A DNA stretch of 64,000 bases from Eledone cirrhosa (GCA_964016885.1 OZ024740.1:402318001-402382000); one strand, 5' to 3'; positions 1 through 13,400 are shown, numbered from the stretch's first letter. Program-made: numbers and translations. Notes: a model not told the origin generated them from the letters alone.

Positions 1-537
1 TTGTTGTCTTTGTTGCCACCGTTGTTCTCGGTGCAGTTCGTATTGTTGCTGTTGGTGTTGTCGCTATGTGTTTTCATGTTAGTGGTGTTGATATTGTTGT
101 TGTATTTGTTTGTTTTTTTTTGTTATCTGTATTTTCGTTGTCGCTGGTACTGTCATTTTTTTAAAAATTAGAGTTCTCATTGGTATTATTGGTGTCTTTG
201 TTTACATTGTTTGTGGTGGTGTTTGTGTTATCAATTTGTGTTAATTTCGCTGTAGCGCTCCTCTCAACTTCCACGTCGTTGTCGCACGACAGCCGACATA
301 TCGGGGGGGGGGGGGGGGCGTGGCTCAGTCATGTTTTGTTTTCTCCGTAAATGTTTTAACATGTAAAAAAAATTCAAATATTTGGGCCAAAAGGCCCAAA
401 TATTATACTTTCCCCTTTACAGGGCAAAGTCTAAGGGCTTATATCAGTTACACAGCAAGAAATATTTAACAACAAATAATTTTAACAGGCAAATAAAGGG
501 ACTTACTTGGAGTGAGCAAAATACGTCCGCTTAGACC
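1..537 (-). mobile_element. 5' end (5'UTR and start of ORF1) of a third Tx1-like LINE variant, running off the window edge
   Basis: Abuts (AAT)n like the other Tx1 5' ends. It has the TTGGG..CCCAA hairpin (377-404) about 45 nt upstream of an ATG at 332, followed by Asn/Thr-rich low-complexity coding like the ORF1 N-termini at 7169 and 15958. Confidence 0.6.
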
Positions 538-576
<39 letters not shown>

Positions 577-577
577 T
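538..577 (+). repeat. (AAT)n microsatellite at an element junction
   Basis: Directly visible. Confidence 0.95.
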
Positions 578-830
578 AGGATTTGGAACTGCCATGAAGT
601 CAAAGTGATCCCGATTGTCATAGGCGCACTAGGGACTATCTCAAAACGTTTCCAGGGATGGTTAAAGAAAATTGGCCCCTTCACGCTTTTTGGAACGCTT
701 CAAAAGGCATGCTTGCTGGGAACAGCAAGAACCCTCCGATACGTCCTGAATATCTGAGGCTGCAGGTAGTGGCTTGATATTCATTTCAACAAACTTTCCT
801 GTTAACTAACACCAATGACTGAGACTCAAA
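578..830 (+). mobile_element. Severely 5'-truncated R4/Dong-type LINE (family A): end of RLE domain and 3'UTR
   Basis: RIWNCHEVKVIPIVIGALGTISK...RYVLNI* is nearly identical to the ends of the copies at 10055 and 19863. Followed by (AAT)n. Confidence 0.9.
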
Positions 831-849
831 AAACAATAATAATAATAAT

Positions 850-1587
850 GATTTCATTTATTGGCCACAAGGGCCGACATATAGGGGACAATACAAAAGA
901 CTGGGACAGTGGGGTTTTACAGAAAAATCGAGTAAACAATATGAATAAACAAAGTAACAATAACACAGTAACAGTAAAATAACAATAAAATTACAACAAG
1001 GAAAAAATTCCCCAATAGGGGGGATGACCACCTAGGGTTCGCTCAGGTACCCCACCAGTCCTGAACGACCCGACGCTTCGAGAGCACCCTGGAAGCGCAC
1101 CCCTCTCCTCTTCAAATTTACCTACCTACAGCCGCATGACCAGAGTAGGCCCACTCACACGGGCCATTCTCGCCACATTCACCCACCTTTCAGCAAATGT
1201 ACGGATGGGGGGGGGGAGCACTTCTCTCTCCACCCTCACCTTCCTTTCCAAGTGAAACTTGAAAAAGTTGATGAGGGATTGGCCGAAGAGAAAAGTGTCT
1301 GTCTTCAGTCCTTTCAACCTCGTCCACCATACAACCTCTTTCGCTGCTGCCACCAGACAGAGGAAAATTGCCTGCCCTTCCTGGCCAAAAGAAGGCGGCG
1401 GGTCGATCTTCAATATGGACTCGGCCAATAGCCGGATCCGTTCTACACCGCGACAACAGCTGTTCAACATAACTCCATAAGTCAGTAATGCACGGACACT
1501 GGACGAGTGCGTGCAGAACGGTTTCGTCGCTCTGCGCGCATCTCGGGCAGGTCCGTCTGACAGCACTTCCGTGCCTGTAGAGTTTAT
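850..1587 (-). mobile_element. 5'-truncated Tx1-like LINE (3'UTR variant B), C-terminal zinc-finger region
   Basis: CPRCAQSDETVLHALVQCP and KFHLERKVRVERE are homologous to the ORF2 C-terminus of 10407-13820, with frameshifts. The 3'UTR differs from the full-length copies and recurs at 35740 and 56402. Confidence 0.85.
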
Positions 1588-1827
1588 TAACCACAAGGGT
1601 TTACATGAAGTAATAATAATAATAATAATGCTTTCTTTATTGACCACAAGGGTTTACATAAAGTAGACATTAAGGACAGTACAGGACAATACAGGACGGT
1701 ACAAATGGCCATTTCAGCGTGTTTAAAAACAAGAAACAGAGTATGTAATAATAGAACAATGAAAAAATTCCCCAATAGCGGGGAGACTTCCGAGGCAAGT
1801 GCCCTCTCCCAGTTTTCCACCTTTAAT

Positions 1828-4800
1828 TTACAGACACATACTCAGAGTAGGCCCATTCACTCGGGCTATTCTTGCCTCTCTCACCCATCTTTCAACAAAA
1901 TGCTGGGAAGAGAGCATTTCCCTTTCTACTCTGATTTTGCTTTTCAAATGAAATTTGAAAAAGTTAATCAAGGCATCACCGAAGAGGTAAGTGCTCGTCT
2001 TCGGCCCTTTCAAACGTGTCCACCATACTATCTCTTTCGCCATGGCCACCAGACAGATAAAAACTGCCTGCCCTTCCCGGCTAAAGGAAGAGGGCGGGGC
2101 AATCCTCACGATGGACTCAGATGATAGCCGGATCCGTCCCACACGCGACAGCAGGTGTTCGACATAAACCCACAAGTCAGTAATGCTCGGACACTGGACA
2201 AGTGCGTGCAGGACGGTTTCGTCGCCCTGCGCGCATCTCGGACATGCCCGACTGACGGCACCTCCATGCCTGCAGAGTTTATCCCGAACTGGCAAAGCTC
2301 CTCGGTAGCACTGCCAGGCCAGGGATTTCTGGAAGTTGTCCATAGGCCCCGGCCCGAAAGTTCTTCCGAAGAGATTGGCTAGTTGATTTTCGTCCACGCC
2401 TAGAGTTTCCCCAAGTACGTCGTCGTTCTTTCCCTCCACTAATCCTCTATAGAACGCCAAGGTGGAGTTTCCACCGATCACATTGCCCAATTGGTCGAGG
2501 GCTGTGAGCGCCTGAAGACGTTCCAGACTCCAAGATCTCCCTCTCGATCTTCGCTTGACCCACGACTGCAGCTCCGTCAAGGAGACGAACTGGGGAAAGA
2601 CGCTTCAAGCAAACGGCGACCACACCGTCGAGGAAGATGTCGTAGCCTGAGCGCGTTTGTGCGCATCATCAGCCACGGCGTTCCAAGCCCTCCACGTAGC
2701 GGGTGTTGACAGCAGATGGACCGCCTGACTATCGGAGCGCCTTCCTTCCACAAAAAGCGAAAGAGCAAACGCTCCAGCGCAGTCAAGCGGGGCTTAGGAC
2801 AAGGTACGACGGTCAGGCGGTAGTAGATGACGGACGCGATATACGCGTTAGCCACCTCCGCCCGACCTTTCAGGGATAGCTTCCTCTCCGCCCATTTCTG
2901 GGTGAGAGAAGCCACCCTGCTCGTCATCTCGTCCCAGTTTTTGTACGTCTGGAGATCCGGACCGAACCAGACCCCGATAATTTAACCGGTCCGTCCGTCC
3001 CGCGCCCGACGACGCTGTTGGACGGCATGGACCTCCCTCTCCAGGTGCCGAGCTGCAGGCCCACTGACTTTTCCTGGTTGATCATTGCTCCTGTCACCGC
3101 TTCGTATTCTCTTAGTGTAGTGCCGATCGCCTCGATGTGTTTGGCGTTCGACACCATTACGGTGACATCGTCCGCATATGCTGACACGGATCTTCCGAAT
3201 CCTAGTTCGCGCGGGACTCCCCTCAACGTCTACAATTTGTGCAGTAATGGCTCGAGAGTCAATAGGTACAAGAGAGACGAGAGGGGACATCCTTGGCGGA
3301 CCGAGCGCATGATGTTGAACGGTTCGGAAAGGTGACCGTTCACTCTTACCACAGAGAAGATGTCGCTGTGCATGACAGCTATCCAGCCTCTGAAGACGGG
3401 CTCAAAGCCAGCCGCCCTCAGGTCTGCCGCTAGGTAACGATGGTCGACCCTATCGAAAGCTTTCGACTGATCTAAATTGATCAAGGACCCACCCGTGCCA
3501 GGTTCCCTAGCTACCCTCTCTACGATGTATCGCATGAGGTGGAGGTTGTCGTGGATGGATCTGTCGAGAATGGCGCATGTCTGCGCCTCTCCCACCAGAC
3601 CACCAACGACAAGCGCCAACATCTTTGCTAGCACCTTGGCCAAAATCTTGAACTCTGTGTTTAGCAGATTTATGGGCCTAAAATTATCTATGTTATCCCC
3701 CTTGTTCGGATCCTTTCTCAGCAGCGCCACAGCTCCTCGGGCCACAGAGCTGGGAATTCTGCCGTTCTGTTGCCAGTTGCAGTAGACGTCCGCCAAGAGG
3801 CCTGCGAAGAAGCCTGGCATCTGTACGTAAAGTTCATCTCCAAACCAGGAGATTTACCCCTTGTGCAGCCAGTCATTGCCTCCCGTACTTCAGCGGCTGT
3901 TATCGGCTTTTCGCAACCCTCTTCCTCAGTGGCCGAGAGCCGCGGCAGTCCGTCGTGGTAGACACTAAAGTCCATCCCTCGATCCGGCCCGCCGCTGCCC
4001 CCGAACAGCAGAGCGAAGTGTCGTTGAAAAGCTTCACACATTTGCCCGGGATCGAGTAGCATGCGCCCGTCGTGGTCCACCAAAGACCGGATCGTGGCTT
4101 TGTTGCCGCGACGCGCCTCCGCCACTCGGTCCCATTGAACGGCTTTCGTCCCCTCGTGTCTGAGAGCAGGCACCCTAGCTCTGACAAACGCAGCCTTCGT
4201 GCTTAGCATTGAAGAATTGGTCAAGGGCCAATTTCGCCGCAAGTACGTGGGTCGCGATGCCTTTGCTAAGCGCCTCGTCTAATTTTCTAACTAATTCTCC
4301 CTCCGCACTACTTTTCTCTATTGCTAAAGCCTTACTAAACCTAATGGACTCTATTCTAATTGCTCTTTTCAGAGCAAACCACCACTTGTTGACGATGGCC
4401 CCCGTCAACGCCCGCTTAACTAGTTCGCTAATCCGGTCTCTGTAGGCCTCGCGCGCTGGTAAGGACGCGTTTAGCTTCCAGTAGCCGGGCCCTCGTCTAT
4501 GAGGCCTATCTAAGTCAGGCACACAGATCACGAATTTGTGGTCCGTGTAGCTGACTATCTTGAATTGTGGACAGCCTATGCTAGACCTATCTATTTCCCT
4601 ACAAAATACTCTATCTAGATATGATCTGGATGACCCTATGCGATTTGTCCAAGTCCACATTGGCACAATCGGAAAATTCAATCGCTACCTGTCAGACAGT
4701 TCAAAACGCCTGAGCAGGTTGGTGAGGCTCTTGCACCCTCCTCCCCTATCCGCTAATCCCACACAGTCCCAGCGTGCATCTAAGATCCCGTTCCAATCGC

Positions 4801-5219
4801 CCACTAACACTAAAGAGCGGGACGTTCCAAGAAAGGTCTCCAGACGCCGGATGAAATCAGACCACCTTGCTCCTGTCGGGGCATAGACGGCCACTAGCCT
4901 GAAAGCTTGCCCGTCTCCGCTGGTCACGTCTAGGACCACCAACTTACCTTCTGTGTCCAGGAAAATGGCCCGTATGGCGAGATCCAAACCTCTCCGAAAA
5001 AGCACAGCAATTCCTTCCCCCCGATCCCGGACGGCTGGGAGATGCGTACACACCGTAGCCGCCGAAGATCGGTGCGAAGACCCGTGCTTCGGAGATTCTG
5101 GTCTCGCTGATGGCCACTACATCTATGTTTAGTGACCTGAGGTCGTTGAGCAGGTGGCCCTGCTTCCATGACGACCCCAAGCCACGCGCATTTATGCTGC
5201 CTATTCTGAGTGAGGTCAT
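1828..5219 (-). pseudogene. Tx1 ORF2 (APE endonuclease, RT, CCHC), frameshifted
   Basis: Fragments MTSLRIGSINARG, GDWN, YTDH, RQGCPLS, YADD and CPRC..H..C lie in several frames. Confidence 0.9.
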
Positions 5220-5253
5220 GTTGAAATGGAGTTGAAAAGATGGGAAACATCAC

Positions 5254-7169
5254 TTACCTTACTTCTCGTAGAGGAAGGATGGTTTGTCCATCCTTTTCAC
5301 TGCTTGCGGCCTCCTCCGGAAGGATGTCCTTATAAATCCTCCTGGAGAGTGTTTGTCGGAAGTCTTCGATGTCTTTGGGGAATTTTTGTTTTAGTGTCGT
5401 GTACGTTTTCTGTGTGATGCGAGTGATTTGTATGTGTGGAGGTGGTGTGAACTTTTGGGTTGTTGTGTAGTCTTTTTCTGTGATGCTGGTGTTGTGTTGC
5501 ATGTAGTGTAATAATTGGTTGTTGTTCAAATTTAATGCTGTGTAGTGTGTATCGTTTTGGTTGTTTTGATTTGTTTGCGTTTTTGTGGGTTTGTTTCTGT
5601 TACGCTTTTTGGTGACTTTTGTGGTGTTGGTGATGGTGGTTTTGGGGTTAATGATGGTGATGTTGTTGGTGTTTGTGGTGATGGGGTTGGTGATGCTGGT
5701 GTGGATGGTGGCATATCTGTCCTAACTTTTTTGTTTGATAATTTATTTGTTTCCCACTGTATTTCGGAGGGGGTAAGGAAGAGATTTTTTTTCTTTTTTG
5801 GTTTCTTTTTTTCTTTTTTCCTGATACCGTTTTCCACTCCTCGTCGTCACAATCTGTCTCCAGTTGCGATAAGCCGGGGTGTGGAAAATCCTCCACAGGC
5901 GTTGGTTTTGGTTGTGGCGTGGTGGATGGTGTAGGCGCTGGTGCCAGTTCTGGCGCGTTGGGTGGTGGTGGTGTTGGTTTTGCTACTGTTGCTGGGATTG
6001 TTGCTGTTACAGTTGCTTCTGTTGTTGCTGCTACAGTTGTTGCTGCCATTTCTGCTGCTGGTCGTGTTGATGGTTGAGTCACTGGGGGTGGGTAAGAAAG
6101 ATGGCCTCAACCTTTTAGCCAGAGGGCAGAAAGCCCTTAGGTGGGTTCCTTCACCACAAACGACACACCTAGGCCTTCTGCCCTCGACGATTACGGTAGG
6201 TGGCTGCCGTCAGTGATGTCTATTACCTCTGGGATCTCATCAATGCTTTTTTGTTCCGCTTGGATCAGGAGCTCCATCCCAGATCCGGACCAGTTCTCCT
6301 GCTTTTCTTTCGCTATTTCGATTATCTTGGTGTTGGCTTCGATGCCGGCGAGGACGGCAGCTATTAGCCAGGGAATTTCGATGGCCGGTGGAACGTGGGT
6401 GACCCTGATCTTTACGAGTCTCTGGCTACAATAGCTTGGGACGAGTTTGAAGTCGTCACTTCTTAATGGGGCCATGGAGTGTTCTCTAGCTTCCTGTGGT
6501 GTTTCAAAGAACACGTCCACGGTTCCATACTTCTGCCCACGTCTGATGTGGGTTTTTTTGCCCACACACGTCCGAAAGCTTTTTGGATTTGGGACTCGGA
6601 TGCCCATTCCACTGGGCGCGATTTTATTAGGTGGGGGTGGGGGTGAGGCTGACCCTGTACCCATCTTTCTCTACCATTTTTTGGGGGGGCTTCTAATTCC
6701 TCCCGAGTTACCTGAAATGCTTCGCATTGTTTTGCTACTCTGGCAAAACTCAGGGTGGTTTTCTTAATGTCATTGTTGCTGTTGTTGTTATCGTTATTTT
6801 TGCTATTGTTAATTTTAGTTTCAGTTGTGGTGGTGGTGGTGGCGTCAGTGGAGTTCGGTGTGGAAGAGTTCATTTTGGTTGAGTTCATTTTGGTTGAATT
6901 CATTTCGATATCACGAGTTAATTTATTTTTTTCTTTTGTTTCTGTTGTCGCTGTGGTGGGGGGGGGGGGGGGGTCGCGGTGGTGGTGATGGTGGCGGCTT
7001 TAACACCTGCAGTCATTGGTAATGGCGGGAAATGAACGTCTGCCTGAGATAAATTTAAAATATTGCTACTGCTTACATTTCCAGTGTTGGCAAACGTAGC
7101 AATATTTACAATGGTGGTGTCGGTGTGAGGTGTTAGATTGTGAGGAAGGAGTGACTCTGAGTCATCCAT
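5254..7169 (-). pseudogene. Tx1 ORF1 (gag-like, CCHC knuckle), frameshifted
   Basis: Pieces 7169-6918, 6903-6463, 6664-6191, CVVCGEGTHLRAFC near 6165-6125, and 5529-5254 are homologous to ORF1 at 15958-13856. Confidence 0.8.
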
Positions 7170-7384
7170 TATTTTTCAAAGAAAAATCTTTGTTTGATAA
7201 TTATAAAAAGTTTAAATTTTGGGCTCAAGGCCCCAATATTTTTGAGTGTCCTTTTCAGAAATCAATATATGTGCACTTATATACAGTTAACAATAAAGAA
7301 TTTCCATAAATGGCAATTTTAAACAACTGAAAATAACAAACATTGGCGGAGCTCACGATGATACGATTTACTACGTATGTCGCC

Positions 7385-7405
7385 AATAATAATAATAATA
7401 ATAAC

Positions 7406-7473
<68 letters not shown>
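7385..7473 (+). repeat. (AAT)n microsatellite at a Tx1/Dong head-to-head junction
   Basis: Directly visible. Confidence 0.95.
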
Positions 7474-7476
<3 letters not shown>

Positions 7477-10130
7477 CATTGGAAACCTTGAGTCACTACT
7501 GAAGGGGACACTAAAAAACATAGGCACTAAAAATAGACTGGAAATAAAGTACAAAACTAGGAGGAAAAAGCTAAATATTATCATAGAGGAACTGAAGCAA
7601 CGCATTGTAGCAAAGAGTGCAAAAATCAGGCGATACGAGAACAGAGTCAGTCAGTATAAACAGAACCGCATGTTCGACAACAACCAGAAGATGCTGTTTG
7701 GACAGTATGAGGGGAAAGAAATAGGCAACGACTTGATCCCTGAGGCGGAACAAACTAAAACATTCTGGAGAGGAATATGGAGCAGGATGTTAGACATAAT
7801 AACCAGGCAGGGTGGATTGAAACAGTACAGAGGGAGATCGGTGAGCAGGCACACCAACAAACTGATTTTAGTATCACAGTTGAAACTCTTAAGGGGCAGG
7901 CCAAAAAACTAACCAACTGGAAATCACCAGGCCCAGATGGTGTGCAGGGGTATTGGATTAAAAATTTAAGATCCCTCCACCCGAAACTGACAACCATGTT
8001 CAATGACTGCTTGATGTCAGGTGAGGTACCAGAGTGGTTGACAAAAGGTACCACAATTCTGATAATGAAAGACCGAATCAAGGGTAATGATGTTACCAAC
8101 TATAGACCTATCACATGTCTGTCCGTAATGTGGAAACTGTTGACGAGCATTGTGTCTGAGGAAATCTACCATCACCTCCACACAAACAACTTGTTACTGG
8201 ACGAACAGAAAGGATGCCGAAAGAAGTCACGTGGTACAAAGGACCAGTTACTTATTGATAAGATGGTAATGGGGAATTGCAGGAGGAGACACACTGATCT
8301 TGCCATGGGATGGATAGACTACAGAAAGGCATTTGACATGGTGCCTCATTTTTGGATCACCAAAAGCATGGAGATCTTCAAGGTGGCAGATAACATCAGA
8401 CAGTTGCTGGGCAGGAGTATGAGGTCCTGGGAAACAGAGTTGACATCAACTGGAGAATCCTTGGGGAGCGTGAAGATCAAGAGAGGTATCTTCCAGGGAG
8501 ATAGCCTGTCCCCTCTGTTGTTTGTCCTTGCCCTGATGCCCCTGACCATTATGCTGCGAAAAGTGAGAGCAGGATACAAGTTGGGAAAGGGAGAGCTTAC
8601 CATCAATCACCTCCTCTTCATGGACGATCTTAAACTCTTCGGGAAGAGTGAGAAGGAGTTGGATGTGCTTGTTGACACTGTCCGTATTTTCAGCAGTGAT
8701 ATATGTATGCAGTTTGGTATTAGTAAGTGTGGAGTCATTGTGATGAGGGGGGTAGGTTGAGCAGAAGTAACGGAATCCAGATACCAACAGGTGAGATGAT
8801 AAAGGAAATTGACTCTGAGGAAGGATACAAGTATTTGGGCGTTCTGGAGGCTGATGGCATAAAGAACAAAAAAAATGAAGGAATTGTTAAGAACTGAATA
8901 CATTCGGAGAGTAGGGAGCGTATTGAAGTCACATCCGAACAGCAGAAATGCCATAAGCGCAGTAAATTCCCGAGCTGTGTCTATTATTAGGTACAGTGCG
9001 GGAATTCTGAGATGGAATGTTGCTGAACAAAAAGAAATGGATAGGAAGACTAGGAAGCTATTGACTATGTACAACATGTTCCACAAGAGGAGTGATGTCG
9101 ATAGACTCTACCTAAGGAGATCTGAGGGTGGAAGAGGTCTTATCAGCATAGAGGACTGTGTTCAGATGGAGAAAAACAACCTACACAAATACGTGACTGA
9201 TAGTAAGGAGCCAATGCTCAGAACTGTACTGAAGGAGGGGACAATAGGCCAGGGGATGTCCAAGGAGGAAATAACATCAAGGAGAAAGAGCAGCCTTCAG
9301 GGAAAATCCCTTCATAGTACCTTCTTTGAGAAAACTGAATTTAGAGATCCACAGACATGGAAGTGGTTGAGAAGAGGAGACCTCAAAAAGGCTACAGAAG
9401 GAATGTTAATGGCTGCGCAGGAGCAGGCCCTCAAAACGAAGTGGTTGAAAAACCATATTTACAAGGAGGAGGCTAACCCACTGTGCAGGATCTGTGGAGA
9501 GAGAGAGGAGACTGTGATCACATTGTATCCGAGTGTAAACACCTAGCTCAGACCCACTATAAGGGCTGGAGACATGATGTGATGGGCAGGGTGATCCACT
9601 GGCACCTGTGCAAAGTAAGCAATTTACCACATTCTGAGAAATGGTATGAGCGTAAGCCAGAGGCGGTGATGGAGAACGATCAGGTGAAGGTGCTGTGGGA
9701 TTTTAGGATACAGACGGACAAGAAACTGGAACACAATAGACCTGACCTGGTGGTTGTGGACAAAGAAAAAAGATCGTGTCTGATTGTGGATGTGGCCTGC
9801 CCATTCGACACGAGAGTGCAAGAGAAAGAGAGGGAGAAAATTAACCGATACCAGGACCTAAAGTGGGAGGTGAAAAGGATTTGGAACTGCCATGAAGTCA
9901 AAGTGATCCCGATTGTCATAGGCGCACTGGGGACTATCTCCAAAAGTTTCCAGGGATGGTTAAAGAAAATCGGCCCCTTCACGCTTTTTGGAACGCTTCA
10001 AAAGGCATGCTTGCTTGGAACAGCAAGAACCCTCCGATACGTCCTGAATATCTGAGGCTGCAGGTAGTGGCTTGATATTCAATCCAACGGACTTTCCAGT
10101 TAACCAACATCAATGACTGAGATTCAAGGA
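7471..10130 (+). mobile_element. 5'-truncated R4/Dong-type RLE LINE (family A), frameshifted; coding ends at 10055
   Basis: RT motifs (PGPDG, QGDSLSP, LFMDD), CRIC..H..C, RHD, and the RPDLVVVD..IVDVACP RLE. Near-identical to 17280-19938. Confidence 0.9.
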
Positions 10131-10406
10131 ATAGCAACAACAATAATAATAATAATGATTTCTTTATTAACCACAAGGGTTTACATAAAGTAGACATTAA
10201 GGACAGTGCAGGACAATGCAGGACGGTACAAATGGGCATTTCTGCGTGTAAAAAACAAAAACAGAGGATGTAACAAAAAATAACAATGAAAAATTCCCCA
10301 ATAGGGGGCAGACTTCGGAGGGACATTTGTGAAGAAAGCCCAGTAAAAAGCCACAATGACCCTGACCACCAAGCCAAGTGCCCTCTCCCAGTTTTCCACC
10401 TTTAAT

Positions 10407-13400
10407 TTACAGATATATACTCAGAGTAGGCCCATTCACTCGGGCCATTCTTGCTTCTCTCACCCATCTTTCAACAAAATGCTGGGAAGAGAGCACTTCC
10501 CTCTCTACTCTGATTTTCCTTTTCAAATGAAATTTGAAAAAGTCAATCAGAGCATCACCGAAGTGGTAAGTGCTCGTCTTCAGCCCTTTCAAACGTGTCC
10601 ACCATACTATCTCTTTCGCCATGGCCACCAGGCAGATAAAAACTGCCTGCCCTTCCCGGCTAAAGGAGGAGGGTGGGGCAATCCTCACGATGGACTCAGA
10701 TGATAGCCGGATCCGTCCTAAACGCGACAGCAGGTGTTCGACATAAACCCACAAGTCAGCAATGCTCGGACACTGGACGAGTGCGTGCAGGACGGTTTCG
10801 TCGCCCTGTGCGCATCTCGGACATGCCCGGCTGACGGCACCTCCATGCCTGTAGAGTTTATCCCGAACTGGCAAGGCTCCTCGGTAGCACTGCCAGGCCA
10901 GAGATTTCTGGAAGTTGTCCATAGGCCCTGGCCCGAAAGTTCTTCCGAAGAGATTGGCTAGTTGATTTTCGTCGACGCCTAGAGTTTCCCCAAGTACGTC
11001 GTCGCTCTTCCCCTCCACTAATCCTCTATAGAACGCCGAGGTGGAGTTTCCACCGATCACATTGCCCGATTGGTCGAGGGCTGTGAGCGCCTGAAGACAT
11101 TCCAGTCTCCAGGCGCTCCCTCTCGGTCTTCGCTTGACCCAGGACTGCAGCTCCGTCAAGGAAACGAGCTGGGGAAATACGTGTCTAGCAAACGGCGACC
11201 ACACCTGATCACCGTCGAGGAAGATGTGGAGATGTCGTAGCCTGAGCGCGTGCCTGCGCATCATCAGCCACGGCATGCCCAGCCCTCCACGTAGCGGGTG
11301 TTGACAACAGATGGACCGCCTGACCATCGGGGCGCGTCCCTTCCACAAAAAGCGAACGAGCAAACGCTCCAGCGTAGTCAGGCGAGGCTTAGGACAAGGT
11401 ACGACGGTCAGGCGGTAGCAGATGACGGACGCGATGTACGCGTTAGCCACCTCCGCTCGACCTTTCAGGGATAGCTTCCTCTCGGCCCATTTCTGGGTGA
11501 GAGAAGCCACCCTGCTCGTCACCTCGTCCCAGTTTTTGTCCGTCTGGAGGTCCGGACAGAACCAGACCAATTTAACCGGTCCGTCCGTCCAGCGTCCGAC
11601 GACGCTGTTGGACGACATGGACCTGCCTCTCCAGGTGCCGAGCTGCAGGCCCACTGACTTTTCCTGGTTGATCATTGCTCCTGTCACCGCTTCGTATTCT
11701 CTTAGTGTAGTGCCGATCGCCTCGATGTGTTTGGCGTTCGACACCACTACGGTGACATCGTCCGCATATGCTGACACGGATCTTCCGCATCCTAGTTCGC
11801 GCGGGACGCCCCTCAACGTCTCCAGTTTGTGCAGTAATGGCTCGAGAGTCAATACGTACAAGAGGGACGAGAGGGGACATCCTTGGCGGACCGAGCGCAT
11901 GATGTTGAACGGTTCCGACAGGTGACCGTTCACTCTCACCACAGAGCAGATGTCGCTGTGCATGGCAGCGATCCAGCCTCTGAAGACGGGCTCAAAGCCA
12001 GCCGCCCTCAGGACTGCCGCTAGGTAACGATGGTCGACCCTATCGAAAGCTTTCGACTGATCTAAATTGATCAAGGACCCACCCGTGCCAGTTTCCCTAG
12101 CTACCCTCTCTACGATGTATCGCATGAGGTGGAGGTTGTAGTGGATGGATCTGTCGGGAATGGCGCATGTCTGCGCCTCTCCCACCAGACCACCAACGAC
12201 AAGCACCAACCTCTTTGCTAGCACCTTGGCCAAAATCTTAAACTCTGTGTTTAGCAGAGTTATGGGCCGGAAATTTTCTATGTTATCCCCCTTGTTCGGA
12301 TCCTTTCTCAGCAGTGCCACCGCTCCTCGGCTCACAGAACTGGGAATTCTCCCGTTCTGTTGCCAGTTGCAGTAGACGTCCGCCAAGAGGCCTCCGAAGA
12401 AGTCTGGCATCTGTACGTAAAGTTCATAGGGCAGACCATCCAAACCAGGCGATTTACCCCTTGTGCAGCCAGTCATTGCCTCCCTTACTTCAGCGGCTGT
12501 TATCGGCTTTTCGCAACACTTCGCCTCAGTGGCCGAGAGCCGCGGCAGTCCGTCGAGGTAGACACTAAAGTCCATCCCTCTACCCGGCCCACCGCTGCCC
12601 CCGAACAGCTGAGCGAAGTGTCGCTGAAAAGCTTCACACATTTGCCCGGGATCGAGTAGCATGTGCCCGTCGTGGTCCACCAAAGACCGGATCGTGGCTT
12701 TGTTGCCACGACGCGCCTCCACCACTCGGGCCCATTGAACGGCTTTCGTCCCCTCGTGTCTGAGAGCACGCACCCTTGCTCTGACAACGCAGCCTTCGTG
12801 CTTTGCATTGAAGAATTGGTCAAGGGTCAATTTCGCCGCAAGCACGTCGGTCGCAATGCCTTTGCTAAGCGCCTCGTCTAATTTTCTAACTAGTTCTCCC
12901 TCTGCTCTATTTTTCTCTATTGCTAAAGCCTTACTAAACCTAATCGATTCTATTCTAATCGCTCTTTTCAGAGCAAACCACCACTTGTTGTTGACGATGG
13001 CCCCCGTCCAAGCCCGCTTAACTAGTTCGCTAATCCGGTCTCTGTAGGCCTTACGCGCTGGTAAGGACGCGTTTAGCTTCCAGTAGCCGGGTCCTCGTCT
13101 ATGAAGCCTATCTAAGTCAAGCACACAGATCACGAATTTGTGGTCCGTGTAGCTGACTATCTTGAATTGTGGACAGCCTATGCTAGACCTATCTATTTCC
13201 CTACAAAATACTCTATCTAGATATGATATGGATGACCCTATGCGATTTGTCCAAGTCCACATTGGCACATTCGGGAAATCCAATCGGTACCTGTCAGACA
13301 GTTCAAAACGCCTGAGCAGGTTGGTGAGGCTCTTGCACCCTCCACCGCTATCCGCTAATCCCACACAGTCCCAGCGTGCATCTAAGATCCCGTTCCAGTC

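Larger units (their letters stand above)
1630..7384 (-). mobile_element. Full-length but disrupted L1-clade/Tx1-like LINE, copy 1
   Basis: 5'UTR, ORF1, ORF2 and a 3'UTR with AATAAA. (AAT)n on both flanks. ORF2 is near-identical to 10407-13820. Confidence 0.9.
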
